A stretch of DNA of 64,000 nt, taken from the NCBI RefSeq assembly GCF_003704095.1, contig NW_020845063.1, forward strand, positions 1-64,000, read 5' to 3'. The notes beneath the pieces are model-generated. The model worked only from the letters and a program-made list of their open reading frames with translations, was not told the DNA's origin and searched no databases. A program made the translations under genes and the position numbers. Positions 38,334-50,505 of this stretch are shown in pieces (position 1 is the stretch's first letter; each line of letters starts with the position of its first letter). The stretch comes from Pocillopora damicornis (taxonomy: Eukaryota).

Positions 38334-38598
38334 CCGCTTTTTAATTGAGTGTCGCTTGAACGAAACCGAAGAAATTACAGCAGCTAGTCAGAATCAAGGA
38401 AAATAGTACGAGGAGTCATTGAGACCTCAGGGTAAAAAGAGGCCAACTGCCGGAAGTGCGGGAACACGCAAACGACCAAGGTTTAGTTTTGTGTGTGATT
38501 GGTTGAGAGGGTAGTACGAGTTTTCTCGACCAATCACAAAGCGAAGTCAAGGAAGAGCATTGCCCGGATGACTTTCGACAGTCAATTGAAAATTGCCT
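38334..38598. mobile_element. MITE-like repeat family 2
   Basis: Imperfect TIR (TTTAATTGAGTGTCG / CGACAGTCAATTGAAA). Diverged second copy at 40661-40945. Confidence 0.65.
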
Positions 38599-39103
38599 CA
38601 CTCTAATTTTTGTTCGCTTATTTATATATTTATGTTTTATGCACGAATTATGGAATAATGGGAATCTTTCGACGATAAAGAACGTGGCGAAAAAAAAAAA
38701 GATGAACGGAAGTATAAATGTAAACGAATCACAGCATAGTGCTTCCCTTTCACGAGTCATTGATACTCTGCCGACCTTTTCCTTGGAAGTGTTTTGTAGT
38801 TTCAACAATTTTAGAGGAGGTGCGCTTTCTGAAAAGCGGTGCTCGTATTTTCACGAATTCTTACAACCAAGTCCAGTTTGTTGGGACATGCGGATGTGAA
38901 AATGCGAAAAAAACGCTTTTGATGTATCTATAAACATGTTTTAATCATAGTTATAAAGAGAGTGAACAAGATTTAGTTCAGTAAAAGGAAATGTTACAAA
39001 TAAAGAATGAAATTTATGTGAATTTATCAGAATAGGTATCTTCTAAATAAGTTACGTTGTGAAATGCTCAAATCGTAAAGGTTCACTGAGCCAGTTTTCA
39101 ATT

Positions 39104-39293
39104 AATAATTGGTTCATACGTCAGCGTGCGTTCATCGAGATGTGAAGCACGCGGGAAGTTTGAAGAGCACGAAAGAAGCTAGAGTTGCCCTCGGCTACGC
39201 CTCAAGCAACTCTTACGCATCTTTCGTGCTCTTCAAACTTCCCGCGTGCTTCATATCTCGATGAACGCACAGCTGACGTATGAACCAATTGTT
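39104..39293. mobile_element. Near-perfect ~190-bp palindromic (fold-back) element
   Basis: ~85-bp arms: AATTGGTTCATACGTCAGC...GAAGCACGCGGGAAGTTTGAAGAGCACGAAAGA and its reverse complement. Confidence 0.85.
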
Positions 39294-39665
39294 TTATAAC
39301 ATTTTCAACCCGATGGTTTAAATGTTGTAAAGGGGTCAATATTCCCTCTGCTACGCTTCTGCGCGTTGATAATTTTGTTTCAGGAAAACATTTCTTCCTC
39401 ATCAGCTGGCTCACAACTTTCCATGTGTAGCTTAAATTCCCGCCGAAGTCTTAACCAGTTTTTAATAGTAAAATCCTAGAGTAAAAAATGGCGGAGAAAA
39501 TTTTTTTTCTCGAGGGATTTGTTTGCGGACGTCATGAGCGTGCACAATAGGAACATGAAGCACGCTCACGCAATTGAATTTTATTGAACAAATTTACGTG
39601 CTATGTTATAATGTCAGATAATGTAGTAGCTAGGAGAAATATATCGTGAATCTAGCCAATAGTTG

Positions 39666-39873
39666 TTAACCCTTTGCTTCCTTAAGTGACCAAGACAATA
39701 TCTCCCCACAAATCAGTACAATATCAAGCAGGAAAGTTACGAGAATAAATAGAAATGTGAATTAACAGATTATTAGTTGATCCAATAACAAGTTCTCCAA
39801 ACTAACATTATAAGAATTGTCTGGTTGACAGTAAGGAGAATTACCAATGAAATATTGTGATGGAAAGGGTTTA
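39666..39873. mobile_element. MITE-like family 1 copy
   Basis: TTAACCCTTT...AAAGGGT; internal TTGATCCAATA...AACTAACATTATAAGAATTGT...AGTAAGGAGAAT. Confidence 0.75.
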
Positions 39874-40660
39874 GTGACAGTTTAAAGCGATGGACCATGA
39901 AAATGAAACGCTAAGCCGCTAGAGGAATGGGAAAGAATATCATTGCTTCTCATCTGCGTGCCTTGATTATCTTCATTGGGCGCTCGAAATCCGCCAGCTA
40001 CGCAGATGATCCTAGATGAGGAAATCTTCACCAATATGATTAGATCCATTGTTATTGCGAAATGCGGAACGAACGAGCAAAAGTAAGCACATGGCAAAGG
40101 AGGAGTCGCGTGCCAGAGGATGCACTCCTCGTCTCACTCATGAGAAGCCTTACTTGCTTTCCTCGACTCAATTGAAGTGCAAAAAAGAAAATCATTTTAA
40201 GGCCTGGTTTATGAAGCAAGAAAAAAAGGGGGAGCGGCAGTGATAACAGGTTACAAATTATTCTTTATAGGAAAAAAAGTGTTAAACCGATTACGTTATG
40301 AGGTGGTACACTGAGATCTAGACATCATGGGTGTCATTGTATTTTAATTGGAGAAAATAACTGGACTAAACTTATTTGAAGGCTTTTGGGACTTTGCCCA
40401 TTAATGCTTGCTTTCTCTGGTGGTTTATCGCTGAATTTCCCTGGCACAATCAAGCAGAAAAAAGGCCTGAGTAGGAGTCACATTTAAACTAATTTAAGTG
40501 TAGTCAACAAAGTCAAATCGGTTCACGCTCTGGTCGGATTACTAAAAGGTTTACCTGAAGCGGTTTCCTAATTTAATAGCTCTGAGGTTCACTGAGTCTA
40601 AGAGTCGTTGGTCGAAATTAATTTGAGTGAACGAATAAGTGGGAAATAAGCTTCATTAAC

Positions 40661-40945
40661 GCGCTTTTCGATTGAGCGTTGTAAAAACAACACCAAAGTT
40701 AACCAAAGTAGATGTATTTACAACGGCCAATAAGGAGAGAGGAAAATAACCTGAGGAGCCAGGGAGAACTTAAACTAATAAGGACGGGAAGACACGGGCG
40801 ACCAAGTTTAGTTTGGTGTTAGACTTACATCGGATTGGCTAGAGGGTGGCGCGAGTTTTCTGGCCTCTGAGCAAAGTAAAGTAAAACCAATGCAATCGAT
40901 CGACAATGCAGTCCAGATTACTTGCGACACTCGTTTGAAAACTGT
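40661..40945. mobile_element. MITE-like family 2 copy, followed by a 13-bp tandem repeat (TGTTGTTCCATTA, 40943-40978)
   Basis: Similarity to 38334-38598 (CGACCAAG..TTAGTTT, GATTGG..AGAGGGT..CGAGTTTTCT). Confidence 0.65.
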
Positions 40946-41104
40946 TGTTCCATTATGTTGTTCCATTATGTTGTTCCAACAACTGGCTGGACTTAAAATC
41001 GTATAACATCTTTAATCGATCTCATAAAAAGGAATTACATGATAAGTAAGAAATCTTATTACGAAAGTTTTATAAAAATTGCATGGAAGAGGACCAAAAT
41101 GAAA

Positions 41105-41300
41105 TCATCATCATCATTAGGTCGAGCTTGCTCGGTATTCCATGACACGCTCCCTCCACCTTTCTCTGTCGTCCATTGCAATTGGTAGTTCTTCAATTCT
41201 GCATCCTGTGTCATCTATCAATTGGTCAATGTAGGTCTTTTTTGGGCGTCCTCTGGGCTGATGTCCATGTGTTGACTTCCAGAGTAATACATTCCCTACT
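41105..41300 (-). mobile_element. 5'-truncated non-LTR retrotransposon (RTE-like) 3' end
   Basis: The minus strand reads VLLWKSTHGHQPRGRPKKTYIDQLIDDTG...AMDDRERWRERV...stop, immediately followed by a (TGA)n tail, as is typical of RTE-clade ORF ends. Confidence 0.8.
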
Positions 41301-43446
41301 TAGAGTATAATTGGCGTTATCCAGCCAAATTGTTTTCCAGTCAAACGATAACATGCGGGTCAGGAAACAGTTTTTTTAGGCGAAGAAAACGTGCTCTTAA
41401 ACCGAACACGCGGCCAAAACTCTTTGACTTATGAATCAAAGGTTAATTTTCTGGTTACGCCTTGACCTTTTAATCAGAAATCAATTACTAATCAATTGTA
41501 AATCAACGTGTTAACTTAACCAGGAACGACTATTATCATTTAGTCAACGATGCATTATCTTTATTGGTTTTTTTTTTTAAACGAAATGACATTTGAATGA
41601 CAAAGATAATTGGAAAGAGGGTTAGGGTTTGGTTAGGGTGGCAGTATTCATCAGCTAGACCCTCTGTTGTTAGACTGCCTACAATAGAACATTGTTTATA
41701 GTTAGTTTTACCTGCAAAAGATAATCTGAAATGCTGCAACCTTTGATCACAGTACACGTTAAAGAGTAATCCTTACTCAAAGCACAATACACCGGCGCTC
41801 AGTTGCTACACTACAGGAGGTTCTCAATAAAAACTCAAGCGGTGACAATGAGGTGTATTATGATAAAAGATGTGAATGCAGACAAGAATTTATTGTTTAT
41901 TTTCAGTTAAACTACATCTTTGCAAATTAAACTCTCTTTTAACAAATATCTCCTTATGATTACTTTCTTTCAAATATAAAGATTATGAAAAATAACTGGT
42001 CACTTGAAGGAAATGGTACGTAATCTAAGTGAAACAATTTGTGTGGCTCTTTAAAGAATATAGGATTTTTATGAATTATGATCTTGGATAAGCGGAAAAG
42101 AGTTAATTGGCTATCACCACTAACTATTCGTTTAAACGGTTGAAAAGATTAACATGTCAAAGCGATAAGCAATCAAGGCCTTAAGCATACCTGGAAAAGG
42201 AAAAAGTGTTGAACAAGAACAAAAGTAACTACACATTTGCGGTAAACAAGGAGAAATGAGTCTTTAAATTAGATTTAAGGGGTTGTACCATCATGATGTT
42301 CTTTTTCAATATTCCATTGTAGGGTTCACACTATAGCAGATTTATATGTACTTGAAAACAATAAATGTTGCTCACACAGTATTCAGTCTGTAAACTTTTC
42401 CCAGGTGTCTGTCTCTATGGGAGAGGTGGGGTATCTGAGAGGCTTCAGAGTATTCTTATCACCGGGAACAGGTGATGGACGTACTCTGGAACAAGCTTGG
42501 GACCGTAGACCTAGGTCTACTCCTTCGAAAGATAATGCCTAATTATATACAAAAGAAAGTTCAGACTACTACAAAGAATTCTCTTTACTGAATAAAAAAA
42601 TTTGGATTACTCAGTTTTTCTGATTTAGTGGACATTTTGTATGATCGCCGATTATTGAAAGACTGAACGCTGTTTATAATCGGCGCATGTAGTGGCTCTT
42701 TCAAATTAAAAAAAAAAACTGAGATTACCATTTTCTTGCACGTTTAGGTAATGTACCTTTCAACATACTACCTGTCTGATCTTTTCAGAGTTATTTTTTC
42801 AATTCACTAAGTTTTTCAGGCACAATGTAAATCTTTTACCAATGTTTCTGATGGGCCTGAATCAGTTCTTTGTCGAACCTCGGTTAAAAGAAGGAAAATA
42901 CGATATCATTTAAGGGTTTAATCCCTTTGAAAATAATGTTCAGTAAACACTCCGAAACAACTTATCCCGATTTTATCCTCTACCTTGGAAATAGAGACCT
43001 CACGTACTGTTACCATCAATTCATGCTGAGACTTGTTAAATTATTCTCATTATGAAATGATTTTACTATGATAGTTCCGAAAAAATAAAAGACCTGCTTT
43101 ACAGGTTTATGAAAAACCAAGCTTGTATAAAACATTGTGTCTTATTTTTTTCTTGACAAAAACGTTCATTTGAATTCTTGTGCGACGGCAGCTCTTCGAA
43201 CGGAAACTAGAGGTAAATGTCACCTCAGCTTTGAACAGTTTATTTGCAGTGGCATCGTGGGATTCAAGAGTGTAATGAAACATTTCATTTAACGCAGATG
43301 AGCCAAGAAATGAATCGATAATTATCATGTTCATTTAAATGCTTGGGAAATAAAGTAAAAAATAAACAACTCTAATTACAGCGGGTACCTACTTGTCAGC
43401 CTAATGAACAAGTCTTACCTTGAGATGCCCTTACCATGTGTAACAC

Positions 43447-43624
43447 GAGGGTCTCAATGGTGTTAAGCCATAAAACGGTCAAAAAAGCTAGCCGTTAGGC
43501 GAAAAAACTTAACAAATTTTTACCTGGTAGTCGTAAAAAAGCCAAACCTCAGAAAATTTATTACTTAATCACAGTGGAAAGAAATGAACTGTTAGCCGTA
43601 AAAGCTGTCACTCCATTGAAAACT
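43447..43624. mobile_element. Degenerate MITE-like element
   Basis: Imperfect TIR GGTCTCAATGG / CCATTGAAAAC; internal TAGCCGT repeats. Confidence 0.45.
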
Positions 43625-46600
43625 TTTAACGCGTGTAGTGACCCTTGTACTCCGTGATTGCCCAAACTGTCGTGTTTATGAGATGAAAAGCACTGTTCTC
43701 TTCTGCATTGTTCGTTGAAAGCTTAATCTATGCAGCGCAACCGCCACAAGAAAGATAAATCTTCGACTTCCTGGTAAATTATTTATCCTGTGAAGATCTG
43801 GTACTGTCGGTTCGCACATACTTAACTGGCTAAAACTTAATGACAGTGACCAGTCTCAGTAGATGAGAGATACTTTAAGGTTTCTGGTAATACTTGATTG
43901 AGAGGAAGGTCGTTATTAGGTAGCCGCAAACAACCAGAAGGAGTTTATTTGCCATCATTATCACCCTCTTCTTGAAAGTCGTTTTATTTTAACTGAAGCG
44001 CTTGTCATTTTACAAAAAGTACTAATCAGACGTAAAATGAAGTAACTTTAACATAAATAATCCGGAGAACTATGTATAGGTGTGGAAAGTGTATGAACAT
44101 TACGATCTTTGGTTAAAAATCATGCTTGAAAATTGCATCGGAACTTATAACAACTGAGTTACGCCCAGTCTCTCAAAAGGCACTCCTTGGTGCTGGGAAA
44201 GCGTTTGCTTAATAAACCACGTAGATCTACTAATTATTGATATTTTTGCTTTATAAGTCACAGTAAAGAAAAAATACATAGTAAGAAAAAGCTTCCTGCT
44301 TCAAGCAACATACTTCACGAAATCCACTCAGTCATTCATTTTCGTTTTTGGAACTTGGACTAGAAATTAGTCTCTCATAACAGAGCTACCTTTTTTTTCA
44401 TGATATCCAGAGTACTCGATTGACTTGTTGTATATTTTGCATTGGATTTATATAATTGATAACAAAAAACTGTTTTGGGATCATATGTGCGGTCGCAGTT
44501 TACAGAAGACGCAGAACAAAAGGACTTGATAAATGTCTGCCCACTTCAGTGATCGCGGACATTTAAAGAATTCGAGCATCAGCCAGTTCATGACTGAGAA
44601 ACAAAGAGGTTACTCAGAAAGTGATCGCTTAATAGTTTTCACCAGGAGAGTGTTCACTCGAGTACATAAGGCGGACTCCATTTGACTCTGAAATTATCAT
44701 TTCCCTTATCTTTAAGTGAAACTACTTGCCTTATAGGTGAATTTTTGGTGAGGAAAGCGGTTTCAAAGACATCATTCAATGACTATCTCTTCAAACAAAC
44801 AAAACAAATTCTCTTTTTCATGATGGCCATTAGCTTATTGCTGGAGCCTGAAAGTTATTGTTTGCATTTAAATTCGTGTGGACAAAAAGATCAATTAGAG
44901 CCATTTTTGTGTCGAATATCTATCCCAAGTCTTTTAAAATGAATACTCGATTTTTAATGCCTTTTATTGATACTTGGAACAAATAAGATTGATATCCATT
45001 GTTAAAATACGGTGTCTACCTGTTACTCTCTACAAAAGAATTGTACAGAGACACACCCCCCTTAGTTTCCATTGACTCTTAACTGGTGAATAGTCTCCAG
45101 AACAAATACTGTCATGATAAATTTTCATTTTTAGAGAAATACCGTTAATAACTGTGTAATTTAGTAAAATTATTTGCAGAAAAAATTCTAACTTCTCAAT
45201 AATCGAGAAACTCTTTCTCCTCAATCGTACTATCAGAAATTCAATGGGCCAATTACTTCTCATGTTACAATTCCTTGCACAAACGTAGAGAATAGGCTTT
45301 TAGATAAATCAAGTATCGTGAAAAAAAAACCAAATATTTTCACAAACGCATTTTCAATTTTTTTTTTTGCATCAGAAAAAATTATGTGGTGTATTAAGTA
45401 TTGACTTGGTCGAAGGAGAGAGAAACTGGGATTTTCCATATTTAGAACGATAAGAGAAACAGTGTAGACAGTTAAAACCTGTGTAAATTTCCAAATTGTG
45501 GAAACCAACCGCCCAGAAGGCACAATTTTCCTGAAAGATTTTAAATTTTGTGTCGCGAGGATACGAGATTGAAGTTTTTCACACGCGTCATGCGTGCTAC
45601 ATGCTACTTAAAACATTTCGCGCGGGTAAAAGGAACCTTCTTGAATTTCATGTTTGAATTTCATTTTTATTTCCTTTGGCAGCAGGAAAGTTTCCATCAG
45701 ACGATGGAAAACTGTCAACTGCCTGAATCTTTTCCTGAATTCCCATTTTACGTGTGATTGTGGGTTTCAAAACTACAATTCACCAAATATAAGTTAAACA
45801 AACGCTTTCGTTGATGTTTCACCTGCTCAAATATTACGCCTGTCTTGTTTGTCATTTGAGTTTTTTCAAGGAGCTGTGAACAGCTGCCTGGAACCAACTG
45901 CATTTCATTAATTTAACCACAATTGGATGTAAAATACAGTTAATGCTACCGAGAAGTCAAGGTAGTTTTCAAAGGAAGTTTACAAGCTTGAGAGTTATAT
46001 TATCTTACTGTGTAAATTCATGAACTTTTCAGCTGTGGATTCACTTAACCAAAACTTTAAAAACAAAAATAGCAATAAAACAACAACAAAAAAACAAGAA
46101 AACAGGGTGAGGGTTGAACTCTCCTATTCAAAGGTTTTCTTCTTTTCAATGAGTTACCTCTCTTTCTACGGCCCAATTGTGCACAAACTAAACATACTGA
46201 TTACGTGCGAAAATAAACCTGTCTGATTTGATGTTTTCTGTTTATTTTTGAGCGATGGTCAATCCGTCACTTCCTTTAAAAAAGAGAAGAATGAATTTCA
46301 TTTTTATTTCGCAAGAATATCTTTTCCTATTGTGAGTTGTTTCGTGCTTGAAGAAAAAGCACGTTGCTTGGTTTCAATTAGATCTCCGATTTTCTTTTTT
46401 ACGTTGATGCTCTGAAACTCCAAGCCACAATGATACTCGTTTTTTTTTTTTTTGGTGTTAGTGAATGGATCAGAAATATTAGTTCAATGAACTTTATGCG
46501 GAAAGGAAGCAATAGGAGCTTAGGTAACAAATGGCTCCAATTGTTATTGAGTAATGCAGCTTTGATTGACCTAAAACGCGGGCGAGCAGTCGAAATAAAT

Positions 46601-47174
46601 GGTGCTAAATATAGCACTTAGAAAAAGTAGTGATTTCCATGGTATGTGAAATTTTCAATTCTGTAAAAAAAAAAAAAAAGAAACTGGAAGCTGTTATAAA
46701 CATTTTTTGCAGATGATAAGTGAATTTATATCTCAAAGAGAGGATAAATTTCACTATAGTCAAGAATTTATTGCGTAACTTTAAAGGTTCTTCAAGTAAT
46801 GGTCTATTACCATTGATGTCTAAAAAGCAATTAACGTTTTACATTTTAATCAGTAAAAGTCTTTATGACGTCGGTGTATTTCTCTTTTGCGAAGCAACAA
46901 AAGGTACAGCAATTAAGACTGATATAGGAGTGCGCCCCAGTAGCGTTCATTTGTTCTGAACAGCTCGTACTCAGATGCACATCACAGCGGTGCTGAAAAC
47001 CACGGGAGAGGCCAGCCAGGTATTGCACGATAAGCTTGCACTCAAAATCCGATTTCGTTTAACTTTCCAATTGGAGTACTTACGTAGAGATATGCCTCAC
47101 CATTCCATTGTGAAATAACTGTGTTATTTACATCTGGACTTTTGCAGGTTTTATACTCATTAAAAGAGATTGAG

Positions 47175-49629
47175 ATGCCTCGAGCTTTTCTTGTGAGGAG
47201 TAATCAGATCAAAGAGGAGACTGGCGTTGCAGCGGAAAACAGCCGCAGTAAGTTTTTTTTATTGAATGTATAGTTGTGAATTGAATGGAGAAGTGGTCTA
47301 GGATTTTTTGGTCTCTTAATGCGATTGCTTTTGTACCCATCCCATATGGCTGTCTCTAATTAACTGGAAATTTTGCATGGTATGATATTACATTCTTTTT
47401 ACTATTTTATTTCAGTTTAACTGAATAATTGTATGTTCTGGACAACGTTTGCGCAACAGCGGGTAAATTTTAAGACAGGCTCGAAATAGCTGGAACCGCT
47501 TTAAAAACCCAAATGGTGTCAAGAAACATATACATAGCTTTTAGTCTTTTTATACACTGATTTGGACGTAAAGTCAAATATGATTGATAAAATTTAGCCG
47601 GTTTTTTTGTGCCGATGTACCGCCTAAAAACTTAGTATTTGCTAATTTTCAAACAAAAACGAAATTCATCAAAAATTCGATAGAATTTCATCCGAGTTAT
47701 TTTATTTTCTCTATGCTTGTTATCGATACTGCTTCCTTTTAAAATCTAAACTAATTGAGCACGTCTCCTTTTTTCGACCTCGTAACGAACAATCTGATTT
47801 TGCAATCTCTTGAATTAAGTACTTATTACACTAATTACTTAACCAATGTGGGGTTTTATTTTAATTCCGCTGCGTTCTGATCTGCCGCAACTAATTAATG
47901 CAGAGAAGGGGCTAAAAATTCCACGCTTCTTTCATTTTAAGTGTTATTGCGAAATTCCTTAAACGTGTAAAGCTTTTTTGCTACCACAATGTTGTAATAA
48001 TATTCTCCTACGAAATGTTTTTTTTTTCCCATTTCCTCTCATTTTTCCAACCCCTCATCATTTCTATTTGTATCAGCAGACAATTCGAACCCTGATGAAT
48101 CAATGGCGGCAAAGAAAATGCAACCGGTTATTCACAGATCAGCATTTTCTATTGTTCAGCGAGGCTCTATGTACCATCGTGAACCAGCCGCGTCAAGTTA
48201 CTTCTACCCGTCATTACATCTACCATATCACAGCCATATGACAGAGTTCCAAAGTCTACCAGGGAGGTCAATCAATTCACTTGCCTTGCCGCAGCCAAAA
48301 GCACCACGCTTTGCTTGTCACCACCCCCGTGCGTCCGTCATTTGTCACACTGTTGACCCTGTTTTCAAACCGATGTTCCCTAGAAGAGATGCCATTCAAC
48401 CATCCTTGTTTGACCACAGTACCATTTTCCTCCGTGAAAAGTTTGAACGTGAGAGAGCTTCAATAGTGAAACAAGAAAACAACGAGACACTTCAACAATG
48501 GTTCCAAGATACGCCAAACGCAAATGAGGATAGCCAATCGGCGGCTGCCTTCAACCAGGCCCTGCTTTTTTCATACGGTAAAGAGTCGGAGACTGAGCTC
48601 AACATCTCGGCCATGTACTGGAATACCAGGCCTCCACTGTGCGACTCATTTACAGAAAGTATGGCGAAGGAGCCAAGAGATGTCCAAAAGAGTGAAGAGA
48701 GAGTTCAAGATACAGGAAATTGGTCTTTTCCCCGTAATGTTACGGAGGCGGAGGATTCAAACGAGATTCCGCTTGAAGGAGAGCGGACTAATGGACTGGA
48801 TGCCAAAAAAGTTAACACTTGTGATGAAAGAGCTGTGGATTCAACAGACATCGCTAATTCCCCCGATACTGCAGCTGTTAGCGAACAGCAACGCATGATG
48901 GCGTATGAAAACAGCCATGCTAAAAAGCCCAGGTCCAAGCATAGATGTGATGAGTGTGGCAGAACATTCACTCGCTCCAGTACTCTCGTAACGCACAAAC
49001 GAATTCACACTGGAGACAAGCCTTACGTCTGCAAACAGTGCGACCGCGCCTTTAGACAGCTTGGTAACCTGACTCGTCACCAGCTTACTCACACAACGTC
49101 TAAGCCATACATCTGTCAACAGTGCAACAAAGCATTCAACCGCGCTTCTAACCTTCACACCCACATGCGCACACATTCCGACTACAAGCCATTTAGCTGC
49201 GAATTTTGCGGCAAGCGGTTCCACCAGAAAGTCGACATGAAGATCCACCGCTACACGCACACGGGAGAAAAGCCCCACAAGTGCCAGAAATGTGGGCGAG
49301 GATTCAAGCAGCTGACCCATTTAACCTACCACATGAGAACACATTCTGACGTGCGCATGTACAAGTGTGAGTTTTGTGGCAAGGGCTTTAATCAGAAGGG
49401 AAACCTGAAGGCGCACGTGTACCGTCACACGGGAGAGAGACCATTCACGTGTGATATCTGCGGCAAGGGTTTTACACTGGCTTCAACTTTGAACACACAC
49501 AAGAGAACACATGCGCCACACAAGCCATTTCAGTGTCAGTACTGTGAGAAGGCTTTTTATCAGAAGAATGCCCTTAAATCTCATTACATCGCCTCTCATC
49601 CTTTCACAGGAGGCGTATCTCTGTTGTGA
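47175..49629 (+). CDS. SNAG-domain, 8x C2H2 zinc-finger transcriptional repressor (Gfi/Senseless-like); exons 47175-47247 and 48080-49629 (~540 aa)
   Basis: Exon 1 encodes MPRAFLVR (SNAG) and joins the long ORF in frame. Finger 4 CGKRFHQKVDMKIH...HTGEKPHKC closely resembles GFI1. Confidence 0.85.
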
Positions 49630-50289
49630 GGATGTAGTACAAATTAAAAAGAGACTCAAACGGCGCGTAGAATCCTCCAAAAAGAAGTAGTACACAATAT
49701 TTCCTAATTTGGGCTGATTTGTATTGTTGGTCAGAATAACTATGGCAAAACTATAAAATATTTTAACCAGCAAACATTTTGACAAAATATTTAGATAGCT
49801 TAAGATAAGATTGCAGATAGCTTAATTTTTCGGATAGCTGAGTTTTGAAGCTAGTTATAAAAATAAAATATTCGTTGATGCTTTTTTTTTCTTAAAAAAT
49901 CTGTAATTAAGAATGATCTGTAATTAAGAATTTTGGTTGGTTCTTTCCCTTAAGGTGGAAGTTTACAACTAACTGAATTGCTATATATATGTGTTAGAGT
50001 GATTTGGAGATTGTGATGGTGATAAATAGATAAAAATGTTACAAATAAAGTTTTAATCTTTACTGACTTCCACAACCTTTTCGTCTGAGTGCTGCACGAG
50101 AGAGTGTGGGGTTTGTTAACCTCGCCTAAATTTGTTTTTCTTTTAAAGCACTCTCCTTCACATACAAACGAAGAGGATAATAATTGTTTTGAACAACCAC
50201 GCATATACTTATTATAATTTTCCTGGCTTTCAATAGATTACCGTAATAATGTACGCCAGGCTTACCCTGGCGTTACCACCCCTTATTCA

Positions 50290-50505
50290 TTAACCCTTTA
50301 CTCTCTAACCTGATCAGTATGCATGTTCTTCATACTACTCCCTAGACATTTCCTAAGGTTCTAACACGGAGAATTTGTTTAAAAATCAAGAGACTCTTAA
50401 GTTGGTGGTCATCTCCTTTATTTTCATGACCTTAATGTTTGATTCAGGGCTGATGTTGTAAGGATAAATTAGATTTTAGTCACTCTTAGGGGTTAAAGGG
50501 GTTAA
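50290..50505. mobile_element. TTAA-flanked MITE-like element with termini related to family 1
   Basis: TTAACCCTTTA...TTAAAGGGGTTAA. Confidence 0.7.

Noticed and set aside
39480-39580. Promoter-like motifs (AAAATGGCGG, GACGTCA)
   Set aside because: No associated gene model could be built; insufficient evidence.
38416-46959. Numerous 60-130 aa ORFs in the intergenic region
   Set aside because: AT-rich, low-complexity or repeat-derived translations with no recognisable domain or splice-consistent model.
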